Assembly: GCF_035084215.1 (NCBI RefSeq)
Contig: NC_090351.1
Span: 28,582,001-28,646,000, forward strand
Length of the DNA: 64,000 nucleotides
Reading direction: 5' to 3'
DNA from: Heptranchias perlo
Taxonomy: Eukaryota
The notes under the pieces are model-generated. The model was not told the DNA's origin and made no database searches. It saw nothing but the letters and a program-made list of their open reading frames with translations. The position numbers and the translations under genes are program-made. Each line of letters starts with the position of its first letter. Position 1 is the first letter of the stretch. Shown here in pieces: positions 12,338 to 26,169 of this stretch.

Positions 12338-13739
12338 GCAGAAACTGCAGTCATTCAGCTGATGATGCAATGGCCAAATAACACACAAGTAAAAAAGTTC
12401 AAGCTGCATTTGTGGCTTTAGGTGAGGATGGCAATCTTGAGAGGGCAAAGCCCCAGAATAGATGCCCGAGTTCATACAAGGTAGTAACACTTAGGGTTCT
12501 GACAACTGTTCACATTGCTCCGTATTATCATTACTAGTCTTCTACATGGAATGTGATTGTAGCATATATTTTTATTAATTTGCTTTGCTCTTCTCTACAC
12601 CAAGCATTATCCCAGGCTTCAACCAATCTTATGCTATAACTGTCCACCAGGTGATGCAGGAGAGCAGCCCAGGCTGCCTTCAGCACCCAGGATTGGAATC
12701 TTGCTTCATAAGAAAGCTTAAGGATGAACCTGAGCCTCACTGTCCCACTCTGTGGCACAAAATGTTGGAGCTCTGGCACCTTACCTATATTATGGCTTCT
12801 TAACATGAAGCTTACAGTAATCTGACCCATCATTATATTTTTTTCCAGAAAACTTTACAATAGGAAAACTCTCAAACACTAATTCATGTTCTCTTAAAAG
12901 TTGGGATAAATTCATTGACTTAAAAAAAGTAGTGGGAAAGGTGAGGATGAGTTCTTCAGGCAATTTAAGAGACATTTGCTGTAGTAACAGCTGTAATAAT
13001 GCAGGATTTCAACTATCCCAAGATGAACTGGGATAAGAAACCTTTATGGTCAAAATAAGAAAGCATTCTTAGAATGAAAGAGGACTGTTCTTTTTATCAG
13101 TATGTTAACAGGAAAGGGAGCAGTGCTAGATCTGGGTCTGGGTAATGAAGCAGGACAAGTACTTGACCTGGAGAGATGGTGGGATAGAAATTGGACCTTG
13201 TTGCACCCATTTTACTGGTGCAATGAGGGTCTATTTCAGGGAACAATGTCCTACACCCTAAGAACACCTGGAAGTCATCCGACCTGGTATTGGGATGGGC
13301 AATTCGTCAGGTGTCCGAAGCGGCCACTCAAAACAGGCGCCAGGCCCCTAATTAGCAAATGCAAATGGCCTAGCATCTGTTGTAGGACTCATCAGGAATT
13401 CCTGCTCCGCCCAGGTTTTCCAGGCGTGGATGTAGCCTGGCAAGCGACTGCAACCAAAAAGGTTTGACGTGGAGCCAGGAGAAGCAGGAATGCTAACCCC
13501 GGCTCCACAACATTCCCAAGGGCTGCTGACAGCTCATGATCTGCTCCCCTCCCATTCTACTACCCTCCCCCGCTTCCAGGACTGTGGAGGCAGGGCAGGC
13601 CCAAATAATGTTAATGCATCCCGGGGCCTAATTTTGGTGGGGTGCACGCTCCATGCACGGTAAATGGACCTAAGGGAATTTCCACCCCCAATATTTTTGA
13701 AATAGTGATCATATTGATTAAGAAGATGCTGCCAAAGTC

Positions 13740-15360
13740 ACAGTAAAAGAGGAGGTAGCTGAGATAGTGGATGGGCTAAAAACTGCTAAAGAGGAAGTTC
13801 TAGAAAAGCTGGCTGTACTTAAAGTAGAAAATTCACCTGGTCCAGATGGGATGCATCCTAGGTTGCTGAGGGAAGTAAGGGTAGAAATTGTGGAGGTACT
13901 GGCCATAATATTTCAATCCTTAAATACAGGGGTGGTGCCAGAGGACTGGAGAATTGCAAATGTTACACCCTTGTTCAAAAAAGGGTGTAAGGATAAACCC
14001 AGCAACTACAAATCAGTCAGTTTAATCTCCGGTGCAAAATTAATAGTCACTTGGACAAGTATGGATTAAGAAAAGGAAAGCCAGCATGGATTTGTTAAAG
14101 GCAAATCGTGTTTAGCTAATTTGATTTAATATTTTTGATGTGGTAACAGAGAGGGTTGATGAGGGCAATGCGGTTGATGTATATATGGACTTTCAAAAGG
14201 CATTTAATAAAGTGTCACATAATAGGCTGGCCAGCAAAATTGAAGCCCATGGAATAAAAAGAGGGAGTGGCAGCATGGATACGAAATTGGCTAAGTGACA
14301 GGAAACAGAGAGTAGAGGTAAAAGGTATTTTTCAGACTGGAGGAAGGTATACAGTGGTGTTCCCCAGGGGTCAGTACTAGGACCACTGCTTTTTTTGATA
14401 TATATTAATGACTTGGTCTTGGGTGTACAGGGCACAATTTCAAAATTTGGAGATGACACAAAACTTGGAAGTGTAATAAACAGTGAGGAGGATAATGGTA
14501 GTCTTCAAGAGGACATAGACAGGCTAGCTGAATGGATGGACACATGGCAGATAAAAATTAACACAGAAGTGCGAAGTTTTGGCAGGAAGAATGAGGAGAG
14601 GCAATACAAACTAAATGGTACAATTCTAAAGGGGGTGCAGGAACAGTGAGACCTGTGGGTATATGTGCATAAATCTTTGACGGTGGCAGGATATGTTGAG
14701 AAAGTGGTTAAAAAAGCATATGGGATCCTCAGCTTTATAAGTAGAAGCATAGAGTACAAAAGCAAGGAAGTTATGTTGAACCTTTATAAAACATGGTTTT
14801 GGCCACAACTGGAGTATTGTGTCCAATTTTGGGCACCACACTTCAGGAAGGATGTGAAGTCCTTGGAGAGGGTGCAGAAAAGATTTACTAGACCGGTTCA
14901 AAGGATGAGGAACTTCAGTTACGTGGATAGACTGGAGAAGCTGGGGTTGTTCTCCTTAGAGCAGAGAAGGTTGATAGGAGATTTGATAGAAGTGTTCAAA
15001 ATCATGAAGGGTTTAGATAAAATAAACAAAGAGAAACTGTTCTCATTGGCGGAAGGGTCGAGAATCAGAGGACACAAATTTAAGACGATTGGCAAAAGAA
15101 CCAAAGGTGACATGAGAAAAAAACTATTTTACGCAGCGAGTAGTTATGATTTAGAATGCGCTGCCTGAAAGGGTGGTGGAGGCAGATTCAATCGTGGCTT
15201 TCAAAAAGAAATTAGTTAAATATTTGAAGTGAAAAAATTTGCAGTGCTATGGGGAAAGAGCAGGGGAATAGGACCAACTGGATTGCTCTTACAAAGAGCC
15301 GCCATGGGCTTGATGGCCGAATGGCCTCCTTCTGTGCTGTTACCATTCTATGATTCTATT
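13740..15360 (+). mobile_element. 5'-truncated CR1 LINE
   Basis: SPGPDGMHPRLLRE, FGDDTKLG, LEYCVQFWAPHFRKD; ttctatgattctat tail. Confidence 0.93.
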
Positions 15361-15374
15361 ATGTTCACATTGAA

Positions 15375-16820
15375 CATAGGAACAGGAGTAGGCCAGTCAC
15401 TCACACCTGTTCAGACATTCGATTAAATCATGGCTGATCTGCATCTTTATTCCATTTACCCACCTTGGTTCCATTTAAAAAAAATCTATCAATCTCAACT
15501 TTGAAATTTTCTATTGACTCAGCCTCAACAGCTTTTTTTGCAGCGGGGGGGGGCGGTTCCAGATTTCCACTACCCTTTGTGTGAAGAAGTGCTTCCTGAC
15601 ATCACCCCTAAATGGCTAGCTCTAACTTTAAGGTTATATAATAATAGAATGATACAGCACAGACAGAGGCCATTTGGCCCATCATGCCTGTGCCGGCTCT
15701 TTGAAAGAGCTATCCAATTGGTCTCATTCCCCTGCCCTTTCCCCGTAGCCCTGTAAACGTTTCCCCTTCAAGTATTTATCAGATTCCCTTTTGAAAGTTA
15801 TTACTGAATTTGCTTCCACCGCCTTCTCAGGCAGTGCATTCCAAATCATAACAACTCACTACGTAAAATAATTTCTCATCTCACCTCTGGTTCTTTCGCC
15901 AATTACCTTAATTACCAATGTCCTCTGGTTACCAACCCTTCTGCCACTGGGAACAGTTTCTCCTTATTTATTCTATCAAACCCTTCATGGTTTTGAACAC
16001 CTGTTAAATTTCCCCTTAACCTTCTCTAGTCTCTCCACATTACTGAAGTCCCAGAGCCCTGGTACCATTCTTGTAAATCTCCTCTGCACCCTCTCTAAGG
16101 CCTTAGCATCCTTCCTAAAGTGTGGTGCCCACAATTGGACACGATATTCCCACTGGGGCCTAACCACTAATCAGTGAACCTCTCTCGCCTCTAGCTTTCA
16201 ACTTCTTTCTCTTGCTATTGCGATCTTGTCACTCTTGGCTTTATCAATGCTACTAACATCAGTGCTCCTCTTGTCCCTTCTAAGCAGCAAATACACCACT
16301 ACACGCACTTCCTCCTCCACGCACTATGCTGAAATCAAGAATCACCAGTCACACGATCTCCTACTCCACCTCATCTTTCCTAGGGCGTCAAAATTGTGCA
16401 ACTCCATATGTTGCTCAATCTTCCTCCTCCAATCTATAGGGCGTTAAAACCAAAAAAAGTTTCATTTAAGCACTAAACTGTCTGAGGTGCCATCTATGCC
16501 ACCTTGTTCTGCACTTCCCCACCAGAGGAAATAGTTTCTATCTACCCTATCAAATCCTTTAAACATCTTAAAACACCTCAATTAGGTCACCTTAATCTTC
16601 CATACTTAAGGGAATACAAGCCTAGTCCATGCAACCTGTTTTCATAATTTAACCCTCAAATCCCCACTATCATTCTGGTGAATCTGCACTACACCCCCTC
16701 CATCATCAATATATCCTTCCTAAGGTGCGATGCCCAAAACTGAATGCGGTACTCCAGATGCAGTCTAACCGGGGCTTTATACGACCGTAGCATAATCTCC
16801 ATCCCTTTGTACTCCAGCCT
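15375..16820 (-). mobile_element. cluster of CR1 3' fragments
   Basis: several CR1 3'-end and RT C-terminal fragments (EYRVQLWAPHFRKD). Confidence 0.75.
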
Positions 16821-19800
16821 TTACTGAAAATAAAGGGGAAAGGAGTCATAGGACTGGAAAGTAGCTCATTCAAAAGGGAAGGGATCTAGCCCATATTAAT
16901 TGATTGGAATGGCAGATTCCTAATTGGTATGTATTTAACCTGTACCCTACAAGCTGGGTAGGATACATGTTAAATACATTCCAATTAGGAGTAAATGGAA
17001 TGTCAGAGGCTGGGGTTCCATGGATAACAAGTAAAATGAGAATAAAAATGGTATATGATAATGCAGGGGATATAATAGAAGAAAAGGGATGACAAAGCTT
17101 GGTTGAAGAGGTGGAATTTGAGAAGCTGTTTTTAAACAAAATCAAAAATGGTGAATTGAAGAAGTGGGAGGGAGGGAGTTTCAGAGAATAGGACCAAAGC
17201 AACTGAAGCCTTTGCCTCTAACGATGCATGAAGGGGTGCACAAAAAAAATAATTATATATGGAACTTCCCCAAATTCCTTTGCTAATTCAATTAATTTAC
17301 ATTCCTTCCCCCACCGTTAAGTGTCTTAAAAACAATGCTTTTACTACAATTCTTTTTTAATTAATTGGTCTCGTCTAATTGATGAACAAATATGACACAT
17401 GGGATGCTTTTTAAAAGGACTATTCAGTTTGATGAGGAAACACTTGTGAAGGATGGTTGAAGAAATAAAGTTTGGCTAATACAAAAGATATATTGGTGAG
17501 TGTTAATATCTGGCAGTCTTATAGAACGACCATACCTAGAAGGTTACTATTCATAAAAGTGATTTATTTCTTCGGTCCTTTGAACAGCTATCCCACGTTT
17601 TAGGATGGTTGCAAGCAGTTGTGACCCCATTCATACATGCATCAAAAAGTGAAAGTACTGATGATTACTCAATATTATTGGTCATGAACAACACTGAATT
17701 GGAAAAGAAATCAGTAACTGTTTCTTTTAATACCTTGTACATTAATGTGAACATTAGCCAAAACCCTTCAGATATTGTTAAACCAATTTCGACAGGAAAA
17801 CAGGAAAAATTCACCAATTGATGAAAAATACAGATCAACCACAATGGCAGAGGCAGAATTTTTTTTTGGGGGGGGGTGGGGGAGGAGTATTTGAATATGA
17901 GCTTATCAGACAAAACAAAACTACTTTTTAAAAAGGCCTATGTTTCAAATAGGGAATTCACAATAATGTTCAAATGGAAACATTATTCAATTAATAAAAC
18001 AAATAGAACAAATGAAAAGAAAAAAAAACAAAAAACGACAGAACAGTCTCGTCAGACAAAAGCTCTAAAGCACTAAGTCCAAGTGCTGATTATGTGTTGC
18101 TAGTCTATCAATAACTTCCCTACTAATTACCGTATTATCCCAGTTACATTTAGAAGCGTAAGCCCAACTAATCAGTTTTCACTGGTCGAATTATGGGACT
18201 GACTAGCTCTGGATGAACATCCACTGTTTTTGTGTTCTATCAAGTTCACGTTAAGGCAAGTTCTTTCGAAAGGAGTAGTGGTTTGATTTTTTTTTTAAAA
18301 CACTCAAATTTTGGGGGGTGTTTGAACACGCCCCCTGTCTATGCCCATGATAGACAAAAATTCAAAATAAGGCCAAATGAATGAATGCTCAAATACGTTT
18401 TTTTTTAAAAACAGTATAATTTAAAGATTATAAACATTTATATTACTATTTAATACGGCACAGGACTTAGTGTCCTCAAATATACATCAATATAAAATGG
18501 CACATGTTACAGGCTTTGTGAAAATGAAATGTCAGAATTACCAGAATATTCTTTGAAGTTGCTTCTATAATAGAAAAGGCTTTTTGTTGGCTTTCATAAA
18601 AGGTTTGATCAAAAATAAAATGATGTGCAACTGAAATAGGACAATCATTTATGGATATTTCCACCTTTGACCATCACCACTCATTCTAACGACATGCGTG
18701 AAACACTGCATTGATTGTATAGTATGAAAGTCAAAATAGATCAAATCATGAATATTCACTTCAAGTAAGCAGATGAATGTTAATCAGCTAATCGTATATA
18801 GCCGTTTTGTATATCACTAATATTTAAATTCTGATGGACCTGTAATATAATGAGCAAAGTTGCTATAAATACACAGAAACCAAGATTATTCCCTTATATC
18901 AGTAAATAACTGATTTTAATCTTCTGAAATCCCATGGTACCACATCACCGCTCACCAAATTACATAATTTGCAGATTTCTGATGTCCAGATAACATCCTC
19001 ACCATTAAAAACAGCAAGAAATCATTTTTATATAGAATTATGTACACTGGAGTGTGTTGCAGATCAGAAGCTAATCACTAGATTGAAAGGATATTAATAA
19101 AATGTAGTTATGATAAAAGTCACTGTTTCATTGCATTTTTAACAGCTGTGTGTACTGAAAAAAAAATTAAATCATGCAATCTTATATAGTATGTGTCATC
19201 CTTCAGTTACACAGATTAATTAGCAAATCCTTAACTTAGTATTTTGCATCCAAAGTATACAATGATTGTTGCTTCTTTGCCATTTCATTCTTGTATCTCA
19301 CTTGCAAATATTTTTTAAAAAAAACAAAAAAGTTAACTTGATGAGAAAAGTATTTCAATTATGAATTAGCTGCATCCAAGATAGAACAGGGAGCAAACTC
19401 TGTTGGAAGCTACGAGGGTCATGTTAACAGGCCTTTTGAAATCACTTTAGTTCATTCATATACCTTTTAAAAGAGCTCCATGATGCCTTTCATTAAATAC
19501 TCTCTCCTAGTCTCTGGTTACACATTTCTGTTAAGTGCAATCTCTTCATCTTATCACACGGTTTCAGTTGACAGGTTTTTTTTGAAAGCCAAGCCCATTG
19601 AAGCTGACACAGGACATTCCAAGTTCTACTCCTGACTTACAAAAATCCAAGGCCGAACACAGAACTTTGTCTGGGGACACTGGCACCCAATGTTTTCTCA
19701 AAATGTCACATATATTAAGAGTCTACAGCACAAAACAGCCCTTGTTGAACAGCTTCAGTGTCTCAGTAGCTGAACAATGGGAGTACCAAGACTTCATACA

Positions 19801-20140
19801 AACCCAGAAATTGATTCCAAAATTAGATCCCATTGTGAACATTGGGATTAAATTGCTATAAACCATATCAGATCTTGGAGAATTCAACATTTTCCTGATT
19901 ACAACTATAGGCAGAGACTGGGCAAATGGGGAAAAAAATCCACACAGAATAGAAACTTTAAGGAGCTCAATTTCCAAAAAAAAGTCAACTTCATAAGTTG
20001 CAACATGGTAACATTCCATCATCACTAGTAGGACAAGCATATTAACCATATAAATTAAAAAGTAATCATTATTTTACATTCACTTTTTGGAATTTTCACC
20101 TAGAGTTAACAGTTCTAATGATTGGGAAGGAAGTGTCTTT

Positions 20141-20368
20141 TTACTGGGCTGGCAGGGGTTGTGCCATGTGCAGGTTCGGAGGTTGAATTTGCCATGGTTC
20201 ATGTCCTTGGTTTGTTTGTAAGAGGTGGTAGAGCTGCTTCAGGTGAGTCACAATGTTATCTTTAATGTCTGGGGTTGAGATCTGCAGCCTGATGCTGCCA
20301 CTGTCAAAAGAACGTGTAAATTCACCATTGAACATCTCGTAAATCATCCGTGCAACAACTGGTACAAC
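20141..20368 (-). CDS. IRF6: IRF6 last coding exon
   Basis: [47 protein letters not shown]...PAQ*; tttcag|GTT; spliced CDS totals 1380 bp = 459 aa. Confidence 0.97.
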   Translation of the reverse strand, partial: VVPVVARMIYEMFNGEFTRSFDSGSIRLQISTPDIKDNIVTHLKQLYHLLQTNQGHEPWQIQPPNLHMAQPLPAQ

Positions 20369-21604
20369 CTGAAAGATCAGGACATAAAATCAGAACATTA
20401 TTAATTAGGCAGGGAAAATAAAAAACAGTTTACTGTTTGCTACAGACCATGTAGCTGCATCGAGCTTCAAAATCCCAAACCCATCCCCACATAGTCATGT
20501 GCAATCTACTATTATAAAACACAGCATGTCCTGTACCTCCCTCCCACGCAACCTCTACCACTGTGAAGCATAAGAGCAGCAATGTTGTGGGAATACCATC
20601 GCCCATCATCCTGACTTGGACATTTTTTGTTGTTCCTTCATTGCTACTGGGTCAATATCCCAGAATTTCCTTCCTACCACCATCACCAAGGACTGCAGTG
20701 ATTCAAGAAGGCCCACCACCACCTCCTCAAGGTAACTAGGGATGGGTACTAATTGCGGCCTTGCCAGTGTTGCCCACATCCCAAGAACAAATATAAAATA
20801 AATGCATGCTGTCAACTGAGTAAGCTATTGGCTCAATGACAGCAGAGCTGGTTTCGGAAAATTGAACAGATAATTTTAATGATGTTGGAGCTGGAATTAA
20901 TTGGTCTAGATAACTGCTCAAATGGGGTGCGTGTCCCATACCAGTAATATACAACTCCCAAAGATACCCTGTGGTACGGCCAGGTTGCTACTAATACATT
21001 GTGTTTATTTTTTTTCTTAAATTAGGAAATTTAACAGTTCCCTGCCCCCAGATACTTAGATGCAATGGACTTTTACCAAATGGAATAGAACAAAAAAAAT
21101 GAAAGTATTGTTTTTACTGCTAAACATCCTGACCTTGAATTCAGTTACGACTTTAAAAAAAAGTGGGGATTTAGATTTGAAAATATCACTTAAAATGAAC
21201 TGTTGTAAAGCAAGAGGCAACTAAAGGATATGATTACTAAAAATAAGCAATAAAAGCTGTAATGCATTTTGTTGAAATTCATTTTAAAGAATTAAAGCTG
21301 AGTTTTGGAATGTTTTTTCAGTTCTCAATTTTAGATTTTAAAAAAATAGGGGACTTGGTTATTATTGACTTACACAGTAAGTACATATGTAGAATCTAGC
21401 TACATGCACAACATATCTTACATACTTATAATGGCAGAAATCTGAAGTTACACATTGACAATTAAGTCAGATTTATAACTTGGATGATACATTTCACAAA
21501 CCGAGATTCTCTTTGCAAAATTGTACACTTCAAATAAAGTGTGCATTTTGCGTGGAAACATGACCAATAATTTATACTGATGCAAAACCCAGGATGTCTG
21601 TTAC

Positions 21605-21723
21605 CTGCACCATTATTAGTTTTCTCTCTTTAGGCTTCCCATCTGGCCACTCTTCCCCAAAGCACATGTAAATCTCAAATGATGGTACTTTATTACTTTG
21701 TCCCCTTTGAAGATCAATCAGAT
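21605..21723 (-). CDS. IRF6: IRF6 coding exon 7
   Basis: (D)[39 protein letters not shown]; ttgcag|AT, CAG|gtaa; 119 bp. Confidence 0.96.
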
Positions 21724-22264
21724 CTGCAATTAAAAATTAAAATATGTTAGCTGATTTGTATGTGTAAAGTCACAAAGTTCCAATTTACAGACATGGTCAG
21801 TAATATTATTAATGGTTAATAATAAAACAATGTTGGAGACACTCAGCAAGCAACAAATTTCAGCATCAACCTCATAATTAGTCTAGCCCTTGGAGGAGAG
21901 CACTGCATCAATGGATGAGATCAGAGACACCACAAAAATTGTTTTTCCTTCCCCCTCTCCCACATATTCTCCTTTTATCCCCATGTCCAGCTTCCGCTGG
22001 CCGATGGGAGAACCAAGGAATCAAATTTCTCTCATCTGGAAAGAGAACAACTATAAGTTGAACTATTTCACATCTAAGGAAAACAACACAGGGGATAAAT
22101 AACTTTTGGGGGTGGGGGTGGGGGGCAGGGTGTGAGATAGAAGACAGGACCATCATACACCAAATGCAATAGGGAATTTCTTGCTTTGGAGAGTACAGAA
22201 ATGAAACTAACTTTGTTTAACCTATTTAATTTATAGAATGTTACTGAAGAATTAAACAACTCAC

Positions 22265-22657
22265 CACTTAAGAAGGTTTCCAGACAAAAGAGTTTGACTT
22301 TCTTCTGCCTTTCTATGACATGTGGGGTAGCAGTTCCATTTGCACAGGGTCCTGACCAGTACACCTTACACTGACACAGGCGAATGGCATAGATTGCATG
22401 ACCACTCACTTCCAGGATCAGTCCTCGGTCCATCACATCCAGTAGGCGGTTTGTGAAGAGACGTTGCTTTTCATTTGAGATATGCTCTGTTCCAGGAAAT
22501 TTCACTTGTTCAAGGGAAACCGGACCAAACAACTCCTCCTGGTTTGGCATTGGTCCCAAATCCCCATAAAAGAGACGGCATCCCTGTGGATTGCTGATGT
22601 TTAAGGTTGGTCCCAACTCTTTACCTCGGTACTGGAACTGGATTTCGAGGTCTGTCA
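22265..22657 (-). CDS. IRF6: IRF6 coding exon 6 (IAD/SMIR domain)
   Basis: (M)[15 protein letters not shown]...[21 protein letters not shown]...[18 protein letters not shown]...LFCLETFLS; tatag|TG, AGTG|gtgag; 393 bp. Confidence 0.98.
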
Positions 22658-23690
22658 CTATACAGAATTTGGGGGGAAAAAAGTATGAATCAAAGAGTTC
22701 TATATTTTAAAGCTCATGAAATTCAAGAGAACTCTTTCACAATATTTTTATAATTTGAAAGATGATTAGATCCACACCCACAGTGAATGCGTGAATATAC
22801 ATTTACTTAATTGAAATTTTTTAAAGCAGATTCCTCTTTACTGCAGGTTTTTGTTGTCAATCTACCTTCATTTATGCTCTTTAACCTTAACATGTGTACG
22901 CAGTTTATCGTTTTGTCTCAGTCAGATGCAAACGTTCACAGCTTGCTTTAAAATTCCCATTAAACTGCACATTTTACACCAATATATTTTCCCCCAATAT
23001 ACTTTCATCTTAATAATTTCCTGGGGAATCAGCTGGGCTCAGATAGCAACGTTCTCAGCTCAAAGTCAGAACATTCTGCCTTCAAGGCTCTCTTTAGGAA
23101 TGTGATGATATAATCTAGGGTGACATTCCAGGGCAGTAGTGTGAAGAATTGCATTGTGGGTGGTGCTGTCTGTCAGATTATATATTAAACCAACACATCT
23201 GCCAGTTCAGGTGTATTAAGGATCCCATGGCAATATGGAAAGAAGAGCAGGGAGTTCTCTTGGTATCTTGGATAACATTCTTCCCTCAACTGTAACCACT
23301 AACTTAAAAACAGGTTAACAAGTCATTTATCTCATTGTTGTTTGTGGGAATTCACTGTGCACAAAGTGTCTGTTGCATTTTCTGACATAACAGTCATCAC
23401 ATCTTCAAGTCATTCATTGTACATCCAGCTCGTTGAGATTTCTAAGATGTGATAAGGCGCTATATATATATAAAGCAAGTCTTTCTAATAAGGATATTGT
23501 GGTAAACCTAGGTTGACTATTAGTATTTAGCATGTTTTTAAGCAAGATGATAGAAAATGCAATTAACTGTGAATGAGGCGAAGGGTTGCAACGAAGTTCA
23601 CTTATTAGGGCAGGAGGGGAAACAGTATGGATATAGAATGACAGGTCAATCTTGGATTCGGTTTTGGCAAGCAACAGGTTTTTTGCTTAC

Positions 23691-23834
23691 TGGGCAATGA
23701 GCTGATCCAGGTTTCTGGAGTGCTGAATATCTCTGCTGGCAAATGTGGATCAACCTGCAGGATCTGTTCTGGCTCGTTCTTTATCCACTCATTGGGAGAA
23801 CAGCTGGTCACACTTGGAGGGGCCATAGGAGAGT
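23691..23834 (-). CDS. IRF6: IRF6 coding exon 5 (linker)
   Basis: (D)SPMAPPSVTSCSPNEWIKNEPEQILQVDPHLPAEIFSTPETWISSLP; ttgcag|AC, CCCA|gtaagc; 144 bp. Confidence 0.93.
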
Positions 23835-24309
23835 CTGCAAGGTTCAAATTACACAATTAAGAGTAATCATCGATGCCATTTAATAAAATATCAACTTTGA
23901 TTTCTAAACAATTTTTGTACCATCCTTTATTACATCATTCACGATTTACATTCATTTTTGTGTAATTTAGATCAGCTTTTTAAAAAAAAAAGTTTGATTT
24001 CAGGATGTGGGCAACATTGCCAGGGCCACATTTGTTGCCCATCCTAGATGCCCCGAGAAGGCATTGATAAGCTGCCTGCTTGAAGCAACTGTGTTACATC
24101 TGACAGGCTTGCTGGGCCACTTCAGCGAGAATCAAGAATCATCTCGAAGAGGAGGATTAGAGTCATCTACAGGTTTTGATTAAGCTTAAAGTTGTATTAA
24201 CGCTGTAAATAAAGGTGCCTGGATTTATTCAAATTCAAAATCGTACCTGAGTTATAATAGAATGCTGAGAGAATTTACAAGTTTACTACACAGTGCATTT
24301 TACACAGAA

Positions 24310-25420
24310 ACATATGAACATAAGAAATCGGAGTAGGAGAAGGCCATATGGCCCCTCAAGCCTGCTCCACCATTCAATCAGATCATGGCTGATCTTCAAC
24401 TTCACTTTCCTGCCCGATCCCCAGATCCCTTGATTCCCCTAGAGACCAAAAATCTATCTATCTCAGCCTTGAATATACTCAACAACTGAGCATCCCTAGC
24501 CCTCTGGGGAAGAGAATTCCAAAGATTCACAACCCTCTGGAGTAAAGAAATTCCTCATCTCAGTCTTAAATGGCCGACCCCTTATCCTGCGACCATGCCC
24601 TCTAGTTCTAGACTCTCCAGCCAGGGGAAACAACCTCTCAACATCTACTCTGTCGAACCCCCTCAGAATCTTGTATGTTTCAATGAGACCACCTCCCATT
24701 CTTCTAAACTCCAGACAGTATAGGTCCATTCTACTCAATCTCTCCTCATAGGACAACCCTCTCATCCCAGGAATTAATCTAGTGAACCTTCGTTGCACCA
24801 CCTCTAAGGCAAGTATATCCTTCCTTAGATAAGGACACCAAAACTGTACGCACTATTCCAGGTGAGGTCTCACCAAAGCCTTGTACAATTGTAATAAGAC
24901 TTCCTTACTCTTGTACTCCAACCCCCTTGCAATAAAGGCCAACATACCATTTGCCTTCCTAATTGCCTGCTGTACTTGCATGTTAACTTTTTGTGTTTCC
25001 TGTACCAGGACACCCAAATCTCTCTGAACACCAACATTTAATAGTTTCTCACCATTTAAAAATTTTTAATATTTCTATTCTTCCTACCAAAGTGAAGAAC
25101 CTCACATTTCCCCACATTATACTACATCTGCCACCTTCTAGCCCACTCACTGACCCAGTGTCCTCCTCACAGCTTACTTTCCCACATAGCTTTGTATCAA
25201 ACTTGGATACATTACACTCAGTCCCTTCATCCAAGTCAATAATATAGATTGTAAATAGCTGATCCAAGCATTGATCCTTGCAGTACCCCATTAGTTACAG
25301 CCTGCCAACTTGAAAATGACCCATTTATCCCTTCTCTCTTGTTTTCTGTCCGTTAACCAATCCTCAGTCCTTGCTAACATGTTATCCCCAACCCCATGAG
25401 TCCTAATCTTGCGAAACAAT
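24310..25420 (-). mobile_element. CR1 LINE fragment in an IRF6 intron
   Basis: VQRRFTRLIPGMRGLSYEERL; acataagaa 3' tail. Confidence 0.9.
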
Positions 25421-25640
25421 TATTTCTTGAAAATAATTAACCCAGCCAGAGTGATCGCTACAGTGCAGAATGTTGGATTCTTAATTGGGAGGTTCAACTT
25501 CAAAGTCCTAGTTTCTGTTGAACCTGGGAATAGAGGAAAAACCAGCCACCAAGGTGTTACTTGTCTCGCCTCTCAAGAATGTCGCCTAGTATCTGAAACA
25601 AGTAGTATTCCTACAGCTTGTGAAGAGATCCACATACTGG

Positions 25641-26095
25641 TGTCAGTCGTGGCTCAGTGGTAGCTTTCTCACTGCTGAGTCAGAAGGTTGCATGTTAAAG
25701 TCCCACTCCAGAGACTGGAGCAGAAAATCTAGGATGACAAACCAGTGCAGAACTGAGGGAGTGCTGCACTGTCAAAGATGCCATCTTTTAGATGCAACAT
25801 TAAACCGAGGCCTCGTCTGCCCTCTCATGTAGATGTAAAAGATCACATGGCACTATTCAAAGAGCAGGGGGGTTCTCCTTGATGTCCTGGCCAATATTTA
25901 TCCCTCAACCAATACCTAAAAATAGATTATCTGGTCATTATCACTTTGCTGTTTGTGGAAACTTGCTGTGCGCAAATTGGCTGCCGTGTTTCCTACATTA
26001 CAACACTGACCGCACTTCAAAAGTACTTCATTGGCTGTAAAGTGCTTTGGGACATCCTGAGGTCATGAAAGGTGCTATATAAATGAAAGTTCTTT
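25641..26095 (+). mobile_element. tRNA-derived SINE with Deu-like core and L2-type tail
   Basis: A-box TGGCTCAGTGG at 25650, degenerate B-box ~25695, CCCTCAACCA and GCTGTGCGCAAATTGGCTGCC core, GCTATATAAATG tail. Confidence 0.8.
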
Positions 26096-26169
26096 TTTTC
26101 TATACTGTACCAACCTGCACTTTTGTCCACAAGTATAGATAATGGGGAGGGAGGAGCAAAACCCACAAA

